DNA from: Minisyncoccota bacterium
Lineage (GTDB): Bacteria > Patescibacteriota > Minisyncoccia > Phycocordibacterales > XYD1-FULL-46-19
Reading direction: 5' to 3'
Length of the DNA stretch: 49,272 nt
NCBI GenBank assembly: GCA_018063065.1
Contig: JAGORB010000002.1
Location: 1-49,272 of the forward strand
This document shows, piece by piece, positions 25,836-34,188 of the stretch; the stretch's first letter is position 1; each line of letters starts with the position of its first letter. The position numbers and the translations under genes were made by a program. Under the pieces are notes generated by a model. The model did not search any database, was not told where the DNA came from, and was given only the letters and a program-made list of their open reading frames with translations.

Positions 25836-27254
25836 ATGTATCAGAAGAAAACCAAGATTGTTGCCACGATTGGACCGGCCACCTCGGACGAGAAGATTCT
25901 AACCGGACTGGTGAAGGCCGGTCTCGATGTGGTGCGCATTAACTTCTCGCACGGCGACTTTGTGGAGCATCAGCCCAAGGTGGATCGGGCCCGGAGCATT
26001 GCCAAGAAGTTGGGTAAGCCAGTGGCAATCTTGCAAGACTTGGGTGGGCCCAAGATCCGGATTGGAGAATTCTATCAAGAGCGAGTTACGCTTAAGGCGG
26101 GGACGACTTTTACTTTAACCACCAAGAAGGTGGTGGGTGACGAGACCAAGGCTTTTATTAATTATCCTAAATTACCTAAAGAAGTTAAGAAGGGTGGGAT
26201 TATTTTCTTAGACGATGGCAAGAAGAAGTTGGAGGTTTTGGAAACGACCGCCGACAGCGTGAAGTGTAAGATCTTGGTGGGCGGGGAGTGTAAGGGCCGA
26301 CGCGGTGTTAATGTGCCCGGCGCTTATCTCTCCATTAGCTCGCTGACCGAGAAGGACCGGGCCGACTTGGAATTTGGCTTTAAGAATGATGTGGATTTCG
26401 TGGCCTTATCCTTCGTTCGGCGGGCGGAAGATATTAAGGAGCTTAGACAAATTTTAGACAAGCGCAATAAAAGCATTAAGATTATTGCCAAGATTGAGAC
26501 CCAGGAAGCGGTAGACAACTTAGACGCGATTATTGCTGAGACCGACGGCGTAATGGTGGCGCGTGGTGATTTAGCCATTGAGGTGCCAGCCGAGGAGGTG
26601 CCAATTATTCAGAAGCTGATTATTCAGAAGTGTAATCTCTTGGGCAAGCCGGTCATTACTGCTACTCAAATGTTGGAGTCGATGATTAGCTCGCCAGTGC
26701 CCACGCGGGCGGAGGTAAATGATGTGGCTAATGCCATCTTCGACGGCACCAGCGCCGTAATGCTTAGTGAAGAAACAACTCTAGGTAAATATCCCCTGGA
26801 AGCGGTAAGTATGATGACGCGCATTGCTAAAAGAACGGAAGAAGAGATTGAGCATCATGAGATCCTCCAAGACTCCCATCTCTCCAGCAAGAGCGTGACT
26901 GATGCTATCTCCCTCTCGGCTCTTAATGTGGCTCATGAGATAGGAGCGGAGGCAATTGTGGCTCTCTCCAACTCCGGCATGACCGCGCGGATGGTCGCTC
27001 GTCATCGTCCTCACAAGCCCTTGATTGTATTAACCCCGGATCAGAAAGTGTATCAACAACTGGCACTCTCCTTTGGCTGCTTCCCGGTATGTTTAACCTC
27101 ACCCATTGACTCGGTGGTGAAGGCGGTAGAAAGTTCTAAAAAGACTTTGTTGGCTAAAAAATTGGTGAAGAAGGGTGATAAAATTGTCATCACCGCCGGG
27201 GCCCCCTTCGGTAGATCCTCTAGTACCAACTTGCTCTTGGTCCAGACAGTGTAG
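25836..27254 (+). CDS. pyk: Pyruvate kinase
   Basis: TKIVATIGPA, NFSHG, the MVARGDLAIEVP motif, and a C-terminal regulatory domain. Confidence 0.95.
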   Translation: MYQKKTKIVATIGPATSDEKILTGLVKAGLDVVRINFSHGDFVEHQPKVDRARSIAKKLGKPVAILQDLGGPKIRIGEFYQERVTLKAGTTFTLTTKKVVGDETKAFINYPKLPKEVKKGGIIFLDDGKKKLEVLETTADSVKCKILVGGECKGRRGVNVPGAYLSISSLTEKDRADLEFGFKNDVDFVALSFVRRAEDIKELRQILDKRNKSIKIIAKIETQEAVDNLDAIIAETDGVMVARGDLAIEVPAEEVPIIQKLIIQKCNLLGKPVITATQMLESMISSPVPTRAEVNDVANAIFDGTSAVMLSEETTLGKYPLEAVSMMTRIAKRTEEEIEHHEILQDSHLSSKSVTDAISLSALNVAHEIGAEAIVALSNSGMTARMVARHRPHKPLIVLTPDQKVYQQLALSFGCFPVCLTSPIDSVVKAVESSKKTLLAKKLVKKGDKIVITAGAPFGRSSSTNLLLVQTV

Positions 27255-27272
27255 AGGAGTATAATTAAAGAT

Positions 27273-27641
27273 ATGACTATCCCAACCGAAGTTAAGGCAA
27301 CGGGGTTGGAATTGACCCCGGCGATTAAGAGTTATGTAGAAGAGAAGCTCTTGCAGGTAGAGAAGTTGGTAGATATAAGCACGGGCGGGGTGCGCGCCGA
27401 GGTGGAAGTGGGTAAGACCACCGATCATCATCGCCACGGTGACATTTTTAAAGCCGAGTTTAACTTGCAGGTTAATGGGAGCCAATTTAGAAGTGAGGTA
27501 ACGGGCGCCGATTTGTATGCCGCTCTCGACGAGGCTAAGGACGAGTTGGTAAGACAAATTACCTCGCAGAAAGACAAAAACCAAACCCTCTTCCGTCGTG
27601 GCGCCCGCCGTCTCAAAAACATCCTCCGCTTCGGCCGCTAA
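27273..27641 (+). CDS. hpf: Ribosome hibernation promoting factor / RaiA family
   Basis: The 122-aa sigma-54-modulation/S30AE pattern (LELTPAIKSYVEEKL...ADLYAALDEAKDELVRQI). TATAAT (27260-27265) lies 7 nt from the ATG. Confidence 0.85.
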   Translation: MTIPTEVKATGLELTPAIKSYVEEKLLQVEKLVDISTGGVRAEVEVGKTTDHHRHGDIFKAEFNLQVNGSQFRSEVTGADLYAALDEAKDELVRQITSQKDKNQTLFRRGARRLKNILRFGR

Positions 27642-27657
27642 CTTGCCAAAATTACCC

Positions 27658-27690
27658 AAAAAGCTAGACTAATCGCAGTCTAGCTTTTTG
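27658..27690 (+). terminator. Rho-independent terminator after hpf
   Basis: 13-bp stem AAAAAGCTAGACT / AGTCTAGCTTTTT. Confidence 0.75.
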
Positions 27691-27716
27691 AGTTTAAAAC
27701 CAGGAAGGAGTTTCTT

Positions 27717-28079
27717 ATGGAGAGCGAACTGTCTTTTACCTTGCGGCCATATAAGCGATCGGCCGAGAAATTTATTGGAGGTGTATTACAGGCTGTATTC
27801 TTTATCCCATTCGTGATAATTAAATTCGTCCTGATACTCTTGTGTTTCATCTTTCATCCCATCCAGACTTATGAAGATTGGAAACTGATGATCTGGCACA
27901 AGTATTTGAAGCGTTGGCGTAATACCTGGCGCTTCATGCGGGGAAAGTACGAAGGTGAGTTTGATCCAATTTTTGATTTGGATGGATTAGCGATGGCCAT
28001 GATGTCTCCTCGTCAGTTGGCCCGTTATCAACATCAAATTGTAAGACGGCGGCACTATGTTCACGAAAAGACCCTCTGA
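27717..28079 (+). CDS. Hypothetical membrane protein (120 aa)
   Basis: AAGGAG SD (27705-27710) lies 6 nt from the ATG. It has one long hydrophobic segment and a basic C-terminal half, and its own terminator. I recognised no domain. Confidence 0.6.
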   Translation: MESELSFTLRPYKRSAEKFIGGVLQAVFFIPFVIIKFVLILLCFIFHPIQTYEDWKLMIWHKYLKRWRNTWRFMRGKYEGEFDPIFDLDGLAMAMMSPRQLARYQHQIVRRRHYVHEKTL

Positions 28080-28101
28080 TATTTACCCGCTTGTTCTTCA
28101 G

Positions 28102-28128
28102 CGCCCTCCGGTTGGGGGGCGTTTTTTT
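28102..28128 (+). terminator. Rho-independent terminator (its T-run overlaps the fmt stop codon)
   Basis: CGCCCTCC / GGGGGGCG stem with a GGTT loop, followed by T7. Confidence 0.8.
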
Positions 28129-28945
28129 ATTCTAAACTTTGGGTGAAGGTGGTGTAGTCCATCTCATTCTTGCCTTCGGGTACCACGCGTTCAATAACTA
28201 GCTCGCCATTTGTGAGGTTAGCTTTTTTAATAATTACTCGTTTACCATCTTGGAAGAAGTAAGCCCCTGGCCACGGGGTGTAAGCTATAATTTTACGCCA
28301 ATTAGTTTCTGGAGAATCGTCATCTTTTAATTCGCCATCTTGTTTCTCGATCTTTTTAGTGAAAGTAGCGGCGTTGTGATCTTGGGGCACTGACTTAAGC
28401 TCGCCCGAGAGCCAGAGAGGTAATTTAGTTAAAATTAACTTCGCGCCAATCTCGGCGGTCTGATCGCGGAGCTCCAAAAAGGTTTGATTGGTGAGGGGGA
28501 GTGATTCTTCCGCAATAATATTACCGTGATCCATCTCGGCGTCCACTTCCATTAAGGTGACGCCCGTCTCGGTATCATTACTTAAAATCGCACTTTGTAA
28601 CGGTGTGGCCCCGCGATACTTGGGCAAGAGAGAAGGGTGAATGTTCACAAAGCCCCGTGTGGGTTGAGATAAAACAGCCTCGGGGATAATCTTGCCGTAA
28701 GAGGCCACGATAGCTACCTCACAAGCGGGCAGAGTAAAGTCTTTTAATTTCTCTGGCTGTAGGCAAGTAATTTTATTTTCCTCGGCCCAGACTTTAACCG
28801 GTGGGGGAGTGAGGGTGAGATGACGGCCTTGTGGTTGATCGGGTACCGTTACCACCGCAATGGGCAAGAGATTAGACTTCTTTAATTCTTCCAAGATCTT
28901 AACCGCGAAGTCGTCTGTGCCAAAAAAAGAAAAATTACTTAACAT
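28127..28945 (-). CDS. fmt: Methionyl-tRNA formyltransferase (short form)
   Basis: Formyltransferase core (NIHPSLLPKYRGATPLQSAIL) with a compact C-terminal domain. It lies immediately downstream of def. Confidence 0.9.
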   Translation of the reverse strand: MLSNFSFFGTDDFAVKILEELKKSNLLPIAVVTVPDQPQGRHLTLTPPPVKVWAEENKITCLQPEKLKDFTLPACEVAIVASYGKIIPEAVLSQPTRGFVNIHPSLLPKYRGATPLQSAILSNDTETGVTLMEVDAEMDHGNIIAEESLPLTNQTFLELRDQTAEIGAKLILTKLPLWLSGELKSVPQDHNAATFTKKIEKQDGELKDDDSPETNWRKIIAYTPWPGAYFFQDGKRVIIKKANLTNGELVIERVVPEGKNEMDYTTFTQSLE

Positions 28946-28946
28946 T

Positions 28947-29462
28947 TTATTTAATATCCTCTGGCTTCATCTCAGTTAAGTCACTGGCCTTATCAATAAA
29001 TAAAATGCCGTCCAAGTGATCAATCTCGTGTTGGAAGATCTGGGCCCACAAGCCGGAGCCGTGGCGAGTAAACTTCTTACCCTGCTCGTCGTAAGCCTCC
29101 ACTGTGGCTTTGTCGGCCCGCTTCACTTTGCCGTAGAGCCAACGCACCGACAGGCAGCCCTCATCCATGGCCACCTTCTTCTTAGACGCACTTTTAATCA
29201 CTGGGTTAATGAAGATTAGATCGTCTTTTAACTTCTCGCCCTCCTCGGTAATTAATCGGCCCGAGACCACGAAGATGCGCATACTCACGCCAATTTGCGG
29301 CGCGGCAATAGCCACGCCGTCCTCTTCTTTAGCGAGGGCCGCGGACATCGCCTTCAAGACCTTCTTAATCTCGGGCGAGACAATTTTACCCACCGGCACC
29401 TCTTGGGCCTGTTGGCGTAAAACTGCCGCTTCCTGTTGCACAATCTTTACCATTCCGCGCAT
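28947..29462 (-). CDS. def: Peptide deformylase
   Basis: Motifs GVAIAAPQIG, EGCLS and HEIDHLDG. Confidence 0.95.
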   Translation of the reverse strand: MRGMVKIVQQEAAVLRQQAQEVPVGKIVSPEIKKVLKAMSAALAKEEDGVAIAAPQIGVSMRIFVVSGRLITEEGEKLKDDLIFINPVIKSASKKKVAMDEGCLSVRWLYGKVKRADKATVEAYDEQGKKFTRHGSGLWAQIFQHEIDHLDGILFIDKASDLTEMKPEDIK

Positions 29463-29471
29463 TATAACACG

Positions 29472-31403
29472 TTAAAACAGGGTCTCGGGATCGACTTCAA
29501 TTTGCCAATTGGGGGGTAGGGAGCGGAGCAAGGTGAGGATATCGGCGGGTAAATTTTTGGCCGTGACTAACTCTAAGATAATAGTGGCCTTGAAGTAGCG
29601 CGGTCGGCCAGCGGGCGTGAGGAGAGTGTTTACATTCCTCACCTTGTCGGTGAAGAGCGCCGCCGTCTCCGCCAAGTCTTTATCAATCCGCGGCCGCAGG
29701 CCCACGCTCATCACCTTCACTAGGGTAATAAACGGCGGCCAATTTAACTTTTGCCGTTCACTCAATTCATCACGATAAAAGTCGAGTAAGTTACCTTGGC
29801 AGACTTGGACATAAATTTGCTCTTCCGGCTTGCGCGTCTCGATAATAAATCTTTTTCTAGCTAAGGCTCTAGTTCTTAATAAGAGCGAGAAGACTTTCTC
29901 ACTGACTCTAAAGTCGGGCGTCGCCAGTACCGAGTCCATCGCCACAGCAGCGGTATTATCTACTGGCTCGTTTAAATAGTTCAAAGCTAATTCTGTCCCG
30001 AGTAGAATACCCCCCGGCTTTTTAAGGAATTGTTCCACCGTTTCCTTGACCACTTTGGCCGTCTTGGTGGTATCGCTGTCCACTCTATATATAGGTGTTT
30101 TGGGTAGATGTTTCTTCAGCGCCTTCTCAATCCGCTCAATGCCGTTGCCTAAGGTCTTCAGGCGCCACGAGCCGCAATTATTACAGACATCGAGTTTATT
30201 ATCGGCGAAGCCGCATTGATGACAGATAAGAGTATTCTCGCCGTTTCTTAATTTCTTCTCGTGTAAGACTAAGGGTCGGTCGCAATAAGCGCAAGACTTA
30301 ACCAGGCCACAATCATTGCAGACGGTGGTGGGCGAGAGTCCCCGCCGGCCTGCTAAAATAAAGTAACGCTCGCCATGATTGGTGGCCTCTTTAACCGTTT
30401 CTAAAAGTTGTTCCGACATCGCCGGCCACTCCTTCACTTCTTTATCATCCTTGCGTCCGCCAATCACAATAATCTCCTGTTTTAAATCCATGAAGGCGCG
30501 GTACTTAAGCGGGGAGATTGGTGACAACTCACCGCGCTCGGTTTTAAAAATGGTTTCCGCCCGCAAGGCCAAGTCGCCGAAGATTAGTTTGGCCTTCATC
30601 GCCCTGGCCAAGTAAGAGACCAAGACGCGCGCATCGGCAAAGGGGCGCCCGCGGTCTTTATAATTATTACTGGCCTCGCGCTCGACAATAATCGTTTTAA
30701 TATCGGTCCGCGGCAAGAAGAGGAAGAGGGGAGTAATTACCAACAAGAGCGGATGATCGGTGTTAAGCGCCTTCTCTACCCGACTTAGTAATTCTTTTTT
30801 ACTCAAGTCGGCGGTAAGGACTAGGGTGTAATCTTCAATCCCGCGGCTCAAGTCGGGTAAGATCTTATCAATCTCGCCGGCGGTGGGGAGTAAGCACAGA
30901 ACGGATTGTTCCTTGGCAAATGATTCTCTGATTAAACTTTTATAAAAGCCCACTCGCTCGGCATCAGCTTCTTGGAGGACGAAGTCTTCACGTTTAAATT
31001 TCTCTAAATTATTTTCCGGAGCTTGAGCGCTAACTTCAGGGAGGGGATTTTTCTTCGCTTTGGCCAACCATTCTTCTAGAATTATTTGCGGGGTGAAGCT
31101 TTTAATTATCTGACCAATATTACCGGCATAATAATCCGCCGCGAGTTGGGCCGCTTCTAAGAAGGCGGGCGTAAAGAAGGTCGGTTGCAACACCCGGGTT
31201 ACTTTTTTAATCGCAAAGTCCGAGCGCCGCAAGCTCGCTTTAAGATTAGTCGCCAAACGACTCTCAATTACCAAGGCTTCCACCGGTTTGTTGCGCAGAG
31301 GTACCTCCACCACCGCACCGGCTTGCACCTCCTCCTTGGTAAAATAAGTTAAATATTCTCCAAAAAAGCCTTTAGTAATGGGGATGACAGTCAGGACTCG
31401 CAT
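29472..31403 (-). CDS. priA: PriA-like primosomal protein N' with degenerate helicase motifs
   Basis: N-terminal 3'-DNA-binding-domain-like region (VVEVPLRNKPVEALVIE), the Cys-rich zinc region (CNDCG..CAYCD..CHQCG..CNNCG) and a conserved C-terminal domain. Walker A and the DExH box are not recognisable. Confidence 0.8.
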   Translation of the reverse strand: MRVLTVIPITKGFFGEYLTYFTKEEVQAGAVVEVPLRNKPVEALVIESRLATNLKASLRRSDFAIKKVTRVLQPTFFTPAFLEAAQLAADYYAGNIGQIIKSFTPQIILEEWLAKAKKNPLPEVSAQAPENNLEKFKREDFVLQEADAERVGFYKSLIRESFAKEQSVLCLLPTAGEIDKILPDLSRGIEDYTLVLTADLSKKELLSRVEKALNTDHPLLLVITPLFLFLPRTDIKTIIVEREASNNYKDRGRPFADARVLVSYLARAMKAKLIFGDLALRAETIFKTERGELSPISPLKYRAFMDLKQEIIVIGGRKDDKEVKEWPAMSEQLLETVKEATNHGERYFILAGRRGLSPTTVCNDCGLVKSCAYCDRPLVLHEKKLRNGENTLICHQCGFADNKLDVCNNCGSWRLKTLGNGIERIEKALKKHLPKTPIYRVDSDTTKTAKVVKETVEQFLKKPGGILLGTELALNYLNEPVDNTAAVAMDSVLATPDFRVSEKVFSLLLRTRALARKRFIIETRKPEEQIYVQVCQGNLLDFYRDELSERQKLNWPPFITLVKVMSVGLRPRIDKDLAETAALFTDKVRNVNTLLTPAGRPRYFKATIILELVTAKNLPADILTLLRSLPPNWQIEVDPETLF

Positions 31404-31479
31404 GTAAACCCAAGTATAATTAACTTTCAGCGGTTATCCACCTAGAAGGGTCAGTTAGTTTATTGTATACTAAACTTAT

Positions 31480-32589
31480 ATGGCTCGTTCTCGCGTAGTT
31501 GAACCGCGGTCTATTACTGACGCTTGGGATCAATCGCTCTTTCAGCAAGCAGTTAAGAAGGTAAAGACCAAGCAACAAGTGCTCACTCAAGCGGCAAGTG
31601 AGGTGGTAATGAAGGCGCAATCCTCGCCGCTTTTACCGGTAACCAATAATCTTAAATTGCTCGCGCCCTTGGCTGGCGTCTTTACCGCTCTTCTTCTCAC
31701 TACTGGTTGGCAGGTGGCGGCGAGTGGTTGGCAATTACCTTTAATCAATAAAGGTTACGAACAATTGGGGGCAGTGGGACAAATGAGTTTCTCTCAAATA
31801 CCGGTGGTTGCCACTTCTGTCCTCGGCGCGGTAAGTGCCACTGGTGATAATGTCTCTACTACTTTTAAATTTTCTTTAACTTCTCTTCAGAGCGGAGTTA
31901 AACAATTATTAGTTAATTTGCAGGCGGCCGGCAATTCTCTCTGGACAGTTATTAATAGAATCGTTGTCACTATTAGCGATTTCTTGGATCGCTCGATGGA
32001 TGAATTTTATGTCAATTTATTGTCGGGGATCGGTTTTATGTCTGATCGCATTGAGGTGGTAGTGGATGGGTGGCTTACCCCTATGTCTTTAGAAGCGCGA
32101 CAGAGTGTGCGAGAGGTGGCTTCCGTGGCGACGGTCATGAACGAGGGTTGGATAGTGGCCCGTGAGAATTTAGCTTGGGGTTTTGAGCAATTAATAAAGT
32201 GGGGGCAAGGAGTAGTTAATAATTGGAATTCTTTCTGGTCCGGTTTGATGTCTAAATTTAATCGCCCTAAAATGCCGGCTATCTTGCCGCTAGGCAGTGA
32301 TAATGAAACCCAAAAGGATATTAAAGAAATTAAACAAGATGTGAAGTCGGTCTTGCGTTTACTTAATAGACAACCTGTTTCTAGTAATGGTTCTTCCGGC
32401 TTGATTGTGGCCCCCAGCACCGGCTCCTTAAGTGGAGATGCCGCCCTTAAAGCTGATATTGCCTCACGCTTCTCTGATCCGGTGGAGGTGAAGGTGGATG
32501 GCAGTGGCAAGGCGGGCGTTATTACTCCTGTCTTTACTACTAGTGGTGAGGGCGATTATCTCTTCTTACTGACGCCGATTAAACAATAA
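31480..32589 (+). CDS. Hypothetical single-pass membrane protein (gene 1 of the exported-protein operon)
   Basis: One TM helix (LLAPLAGVFTALLLTTGW) and a Trp-rich helical ectodomain. An extended -10 TGTATACT (31464-31471) lies 8 nt from the ATG. Confidence 0.7.
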   Translation: MARSRVVEPRSITDAWDQSLFQQAVKKVKTKQQVLTQAASEVVMKAQSSPLLPVTNNLKLLAPLAGVFTALLLTTGWQVAASGWQLPLINKGYEQLGAVGQMSFSQIPVVATSVLGAVSATGDNVSTTFKFSLTSLQSGVKQLLVNLQAAGNSLWTVINRIVVTISDFLDRSMDEFYVNLLSGIGFMSDRIEVVVDGWLTPMSLEARQSVREVASVATVMNEGWIVARENLAWGFEQLIKWGQGVVNNWNSFWSGLMSKFNRPKMPAILPLGSDNETQKDIKEIKQDVKSVLRLLNRQPVSSNGSSGLIVAPSTGSLSGDAALKADIASRFSDPVEVKVDGSGKAGVITPVFTTSGEGDYLFLLTPIKQ

Positions 32590-32593
32590 TTTT

Positions 32594-33445
32594 ATGCGTC
32601 TTGTTCTCTCTCTTGTCTTGGCAATCTGGCTGGGGAGCCCGGCACTAGTTTTGGCCATGGACCCCAGCTTCACCATTGGGCCGGCTAAAAATGAATTTAC
32701 TCTCCTGCCGGGAGGCTCAGTGACTAAGAATATTGCGGTCACTAATAATTTAGGCCGATCGTCAGAATTTACAATTAAAGTCTCTGATTTTAAAGATACG
32801 CCCGTTCAATATGCTTTAAAAAATTATTTAACTCTCGGCACCACCAAGTTAATTATTCCTAATGGTGAGTCGGCAACGGTGCCGGTAACCGTGACCTTGC
32901 CCGCTAATCTACCACCCACCGGTTTGTACGCTGCCGTTAATATTATTGCGAGCCCCGCCGCCCAGGGCGGCGGGGCGCAAGTATCGACCGCTATCTCATC
33001 ATTATTTTTTGTCCGCGTCGCCGGCGAGGCTACGCCCGCCGGCGCGCTCACGGCCTTCGGACCGATTGGTGGCGCGATACAATTATTTAAAAATAGTTTC
33101 AACTTCCATTACTCCTTCCGCAATGACGGCAATATTTATCTCAATCCGTACGGCGCCATTACTATTGAGCGCCGCTTAGCGATTGGCAAGGAAGGTCAAT
33201 TGCCGGTCTTGCCCAACTTTGTGTTGCCGGGCGAGACGCGCTTGCGCGAAGTTAAATTCTTACCCACTTACTCGTGTGGTTGGTTCAAAGCTACCCTTCA
33301 ACTCAATCGCGGTTACGATGACATTATTGATACTAAAAATACTTCCTTCTTTACTTGCTCGCCGCTCGCCGTGGGAAGTATCTTGAGTCTTCTGTTTATC
33401 ATCCTTTTGGCCGGTTGGTGGTTAATGATAAAATTAAAGCGATGA
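32594..33445 (+). CDS. Exported beta-rich (Ig-like) protein with a C-terminal TM anchor, DUF916/DUF3324- or chaperone-like (tentative)
   Basis: Signal peptide, the strand pattern FTIGPAKNEFTLLPGGSVTKNIAVTNN..SEFTIKV, and a C-terminal TM helix plus KLKR. It starts 4 nt after gene 1. Confidence 0.7.
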   Translation: MRLVLSLVLAIWLGSPALVLAMDPSFTIGPAKNEFTLLPGGSVTKNIAVTNNLGRSSEFTIKVSDFKDTPVQYALKNYLTLGTTKLIIPNGESATVPVTVTLPANLPPTGLYAAVNIIASPAAQGGGAQVSTAISSLFFVRVAGEATPAGALTAFGPIGGAIQLFKNSFNFHYSFRNDGNIYLNPYGAITIERRLAIGKEGQLPVLPNFVLPGETRLREVKFLPTYSCGWFKATLQLNRGYDDIIDTKNTSFFTCSPLAVGSILSLLFIILLAGWWLMIKLKR

Positions 33446-34188
33446 TCAAGCGAGTTACCTGGCTGTTGTTAATCTGGCTCGCGCTCTCCGGGAGCGCGCT
33501 CGCCTATGTGGCCTCCAGCACCAATTATCAAATTGAGTTAGACAGCATCAACTTTGCCGGTGGTTTATCCACCTCTACCAATTACAGTTTAGAAGATACG
33601 GCCGGCGAGGTGGGGAGCGGCAGCTTATCTTCCGCCACTTACAATATTCACGCTGGTTATCAGCAGATGACCGGTACAGCCAGCACTCTTAGTATTACTT
33701 CACCCAGCAATGTCACGCTCACGCCAGCTATCCCCGAGACCGGCGGTGGCACCGCGACCGGCAGTACCAGTTGGACCGTTACTACCAGCAACTCAGCCGG
33801 TTATGAATTAGAGATTGCCGCCGCGGCCTCGCCAGCTCTCACCACCGGTAGCGACAGCTTCACCGATTATGTGCCGGCCGGAGCGAGCCCCGACTTCACC
33901 TTCACGGTCGCGAGCGCTTCATCCGTCTTTGCCTTCTCGCCCGAGGGCAGTCACATTGCCAGCCGTTATAAAGATAATGGTTCCACTTGTGCCACTGGTA
34001 GCGGTGATGTAGCGGATGCTTGCTGGGACGGCTTCTCTACCACCGATCGGGTAATTGCCACCTCGGGTAGTGCCACACCCAGCGGTACGGCCACCACTTT
34101 AAATTTGCGCGCCGCCGCTGGCGCCGCTAAAACTCAACCCGACGGTGCTTATTCGGCTACTCTCACGGTTACCGCTACTGCTTTATGA
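33442..34188 (+). CDS. Secreted Ser/Thr/Ala-rich putative fibre or pilin-like subunit
   Basis: ATGA overlap with the upstream stop and a signal peptide. S-x-N-Y-type repeats (SSTNYQIEL, STSTNYSLE, SSATYNIHA). The C-terminal strand is GAYSATLTVTATAL. Confidence 0.7.
   Translation: MIKRVTWLLLIWLALSGSALAYVASSTNYQIELDSINFAGGLSTSTNYSLEDTAGEVGSGSLSSATYNIHAGYQQMTGTASTLSITSPSNVTLTPAIPETGGGTATGSTSWTVTTSNSAGYELEIAAAASPALTTGSDSFTDYVPAGASPDFTFTVASASSVFAFSPEGSHIASRYKDNGSTCATGSGDVADACWDGFSTTDRVIATSGSATPSGTATTLNLRAAAGAAKTQPDGAYSATLTVTATAL

Noticed and set aside
27099-27659. A 186-aa antisense ORF bridging the pyk 3' end and hpf.
   Set aside because: It overlaps two well-supported conserved genes and their intergenic -10 box, and I recognise no motif in it.
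25783-27678. A shared TAATCGCA octamer in the loops of the terminators at 25773-25812 and 27658-27690.
   Set aside because: An 8-mer is expected to recur about once by chance in a 49-kb window on both strands, and the flanking sequence is not similar.
32007-32510. A 167-aa antisense ORF inside operon gene 1. Similar cases occur at 38375-38836, 38855-39235, 10487-10885, 14672-15157 and 48340-48672.
   Set aside because: All of them sit opposite longer ORFs with signal peptides or conserved motifs, and none has credible initiation signals.
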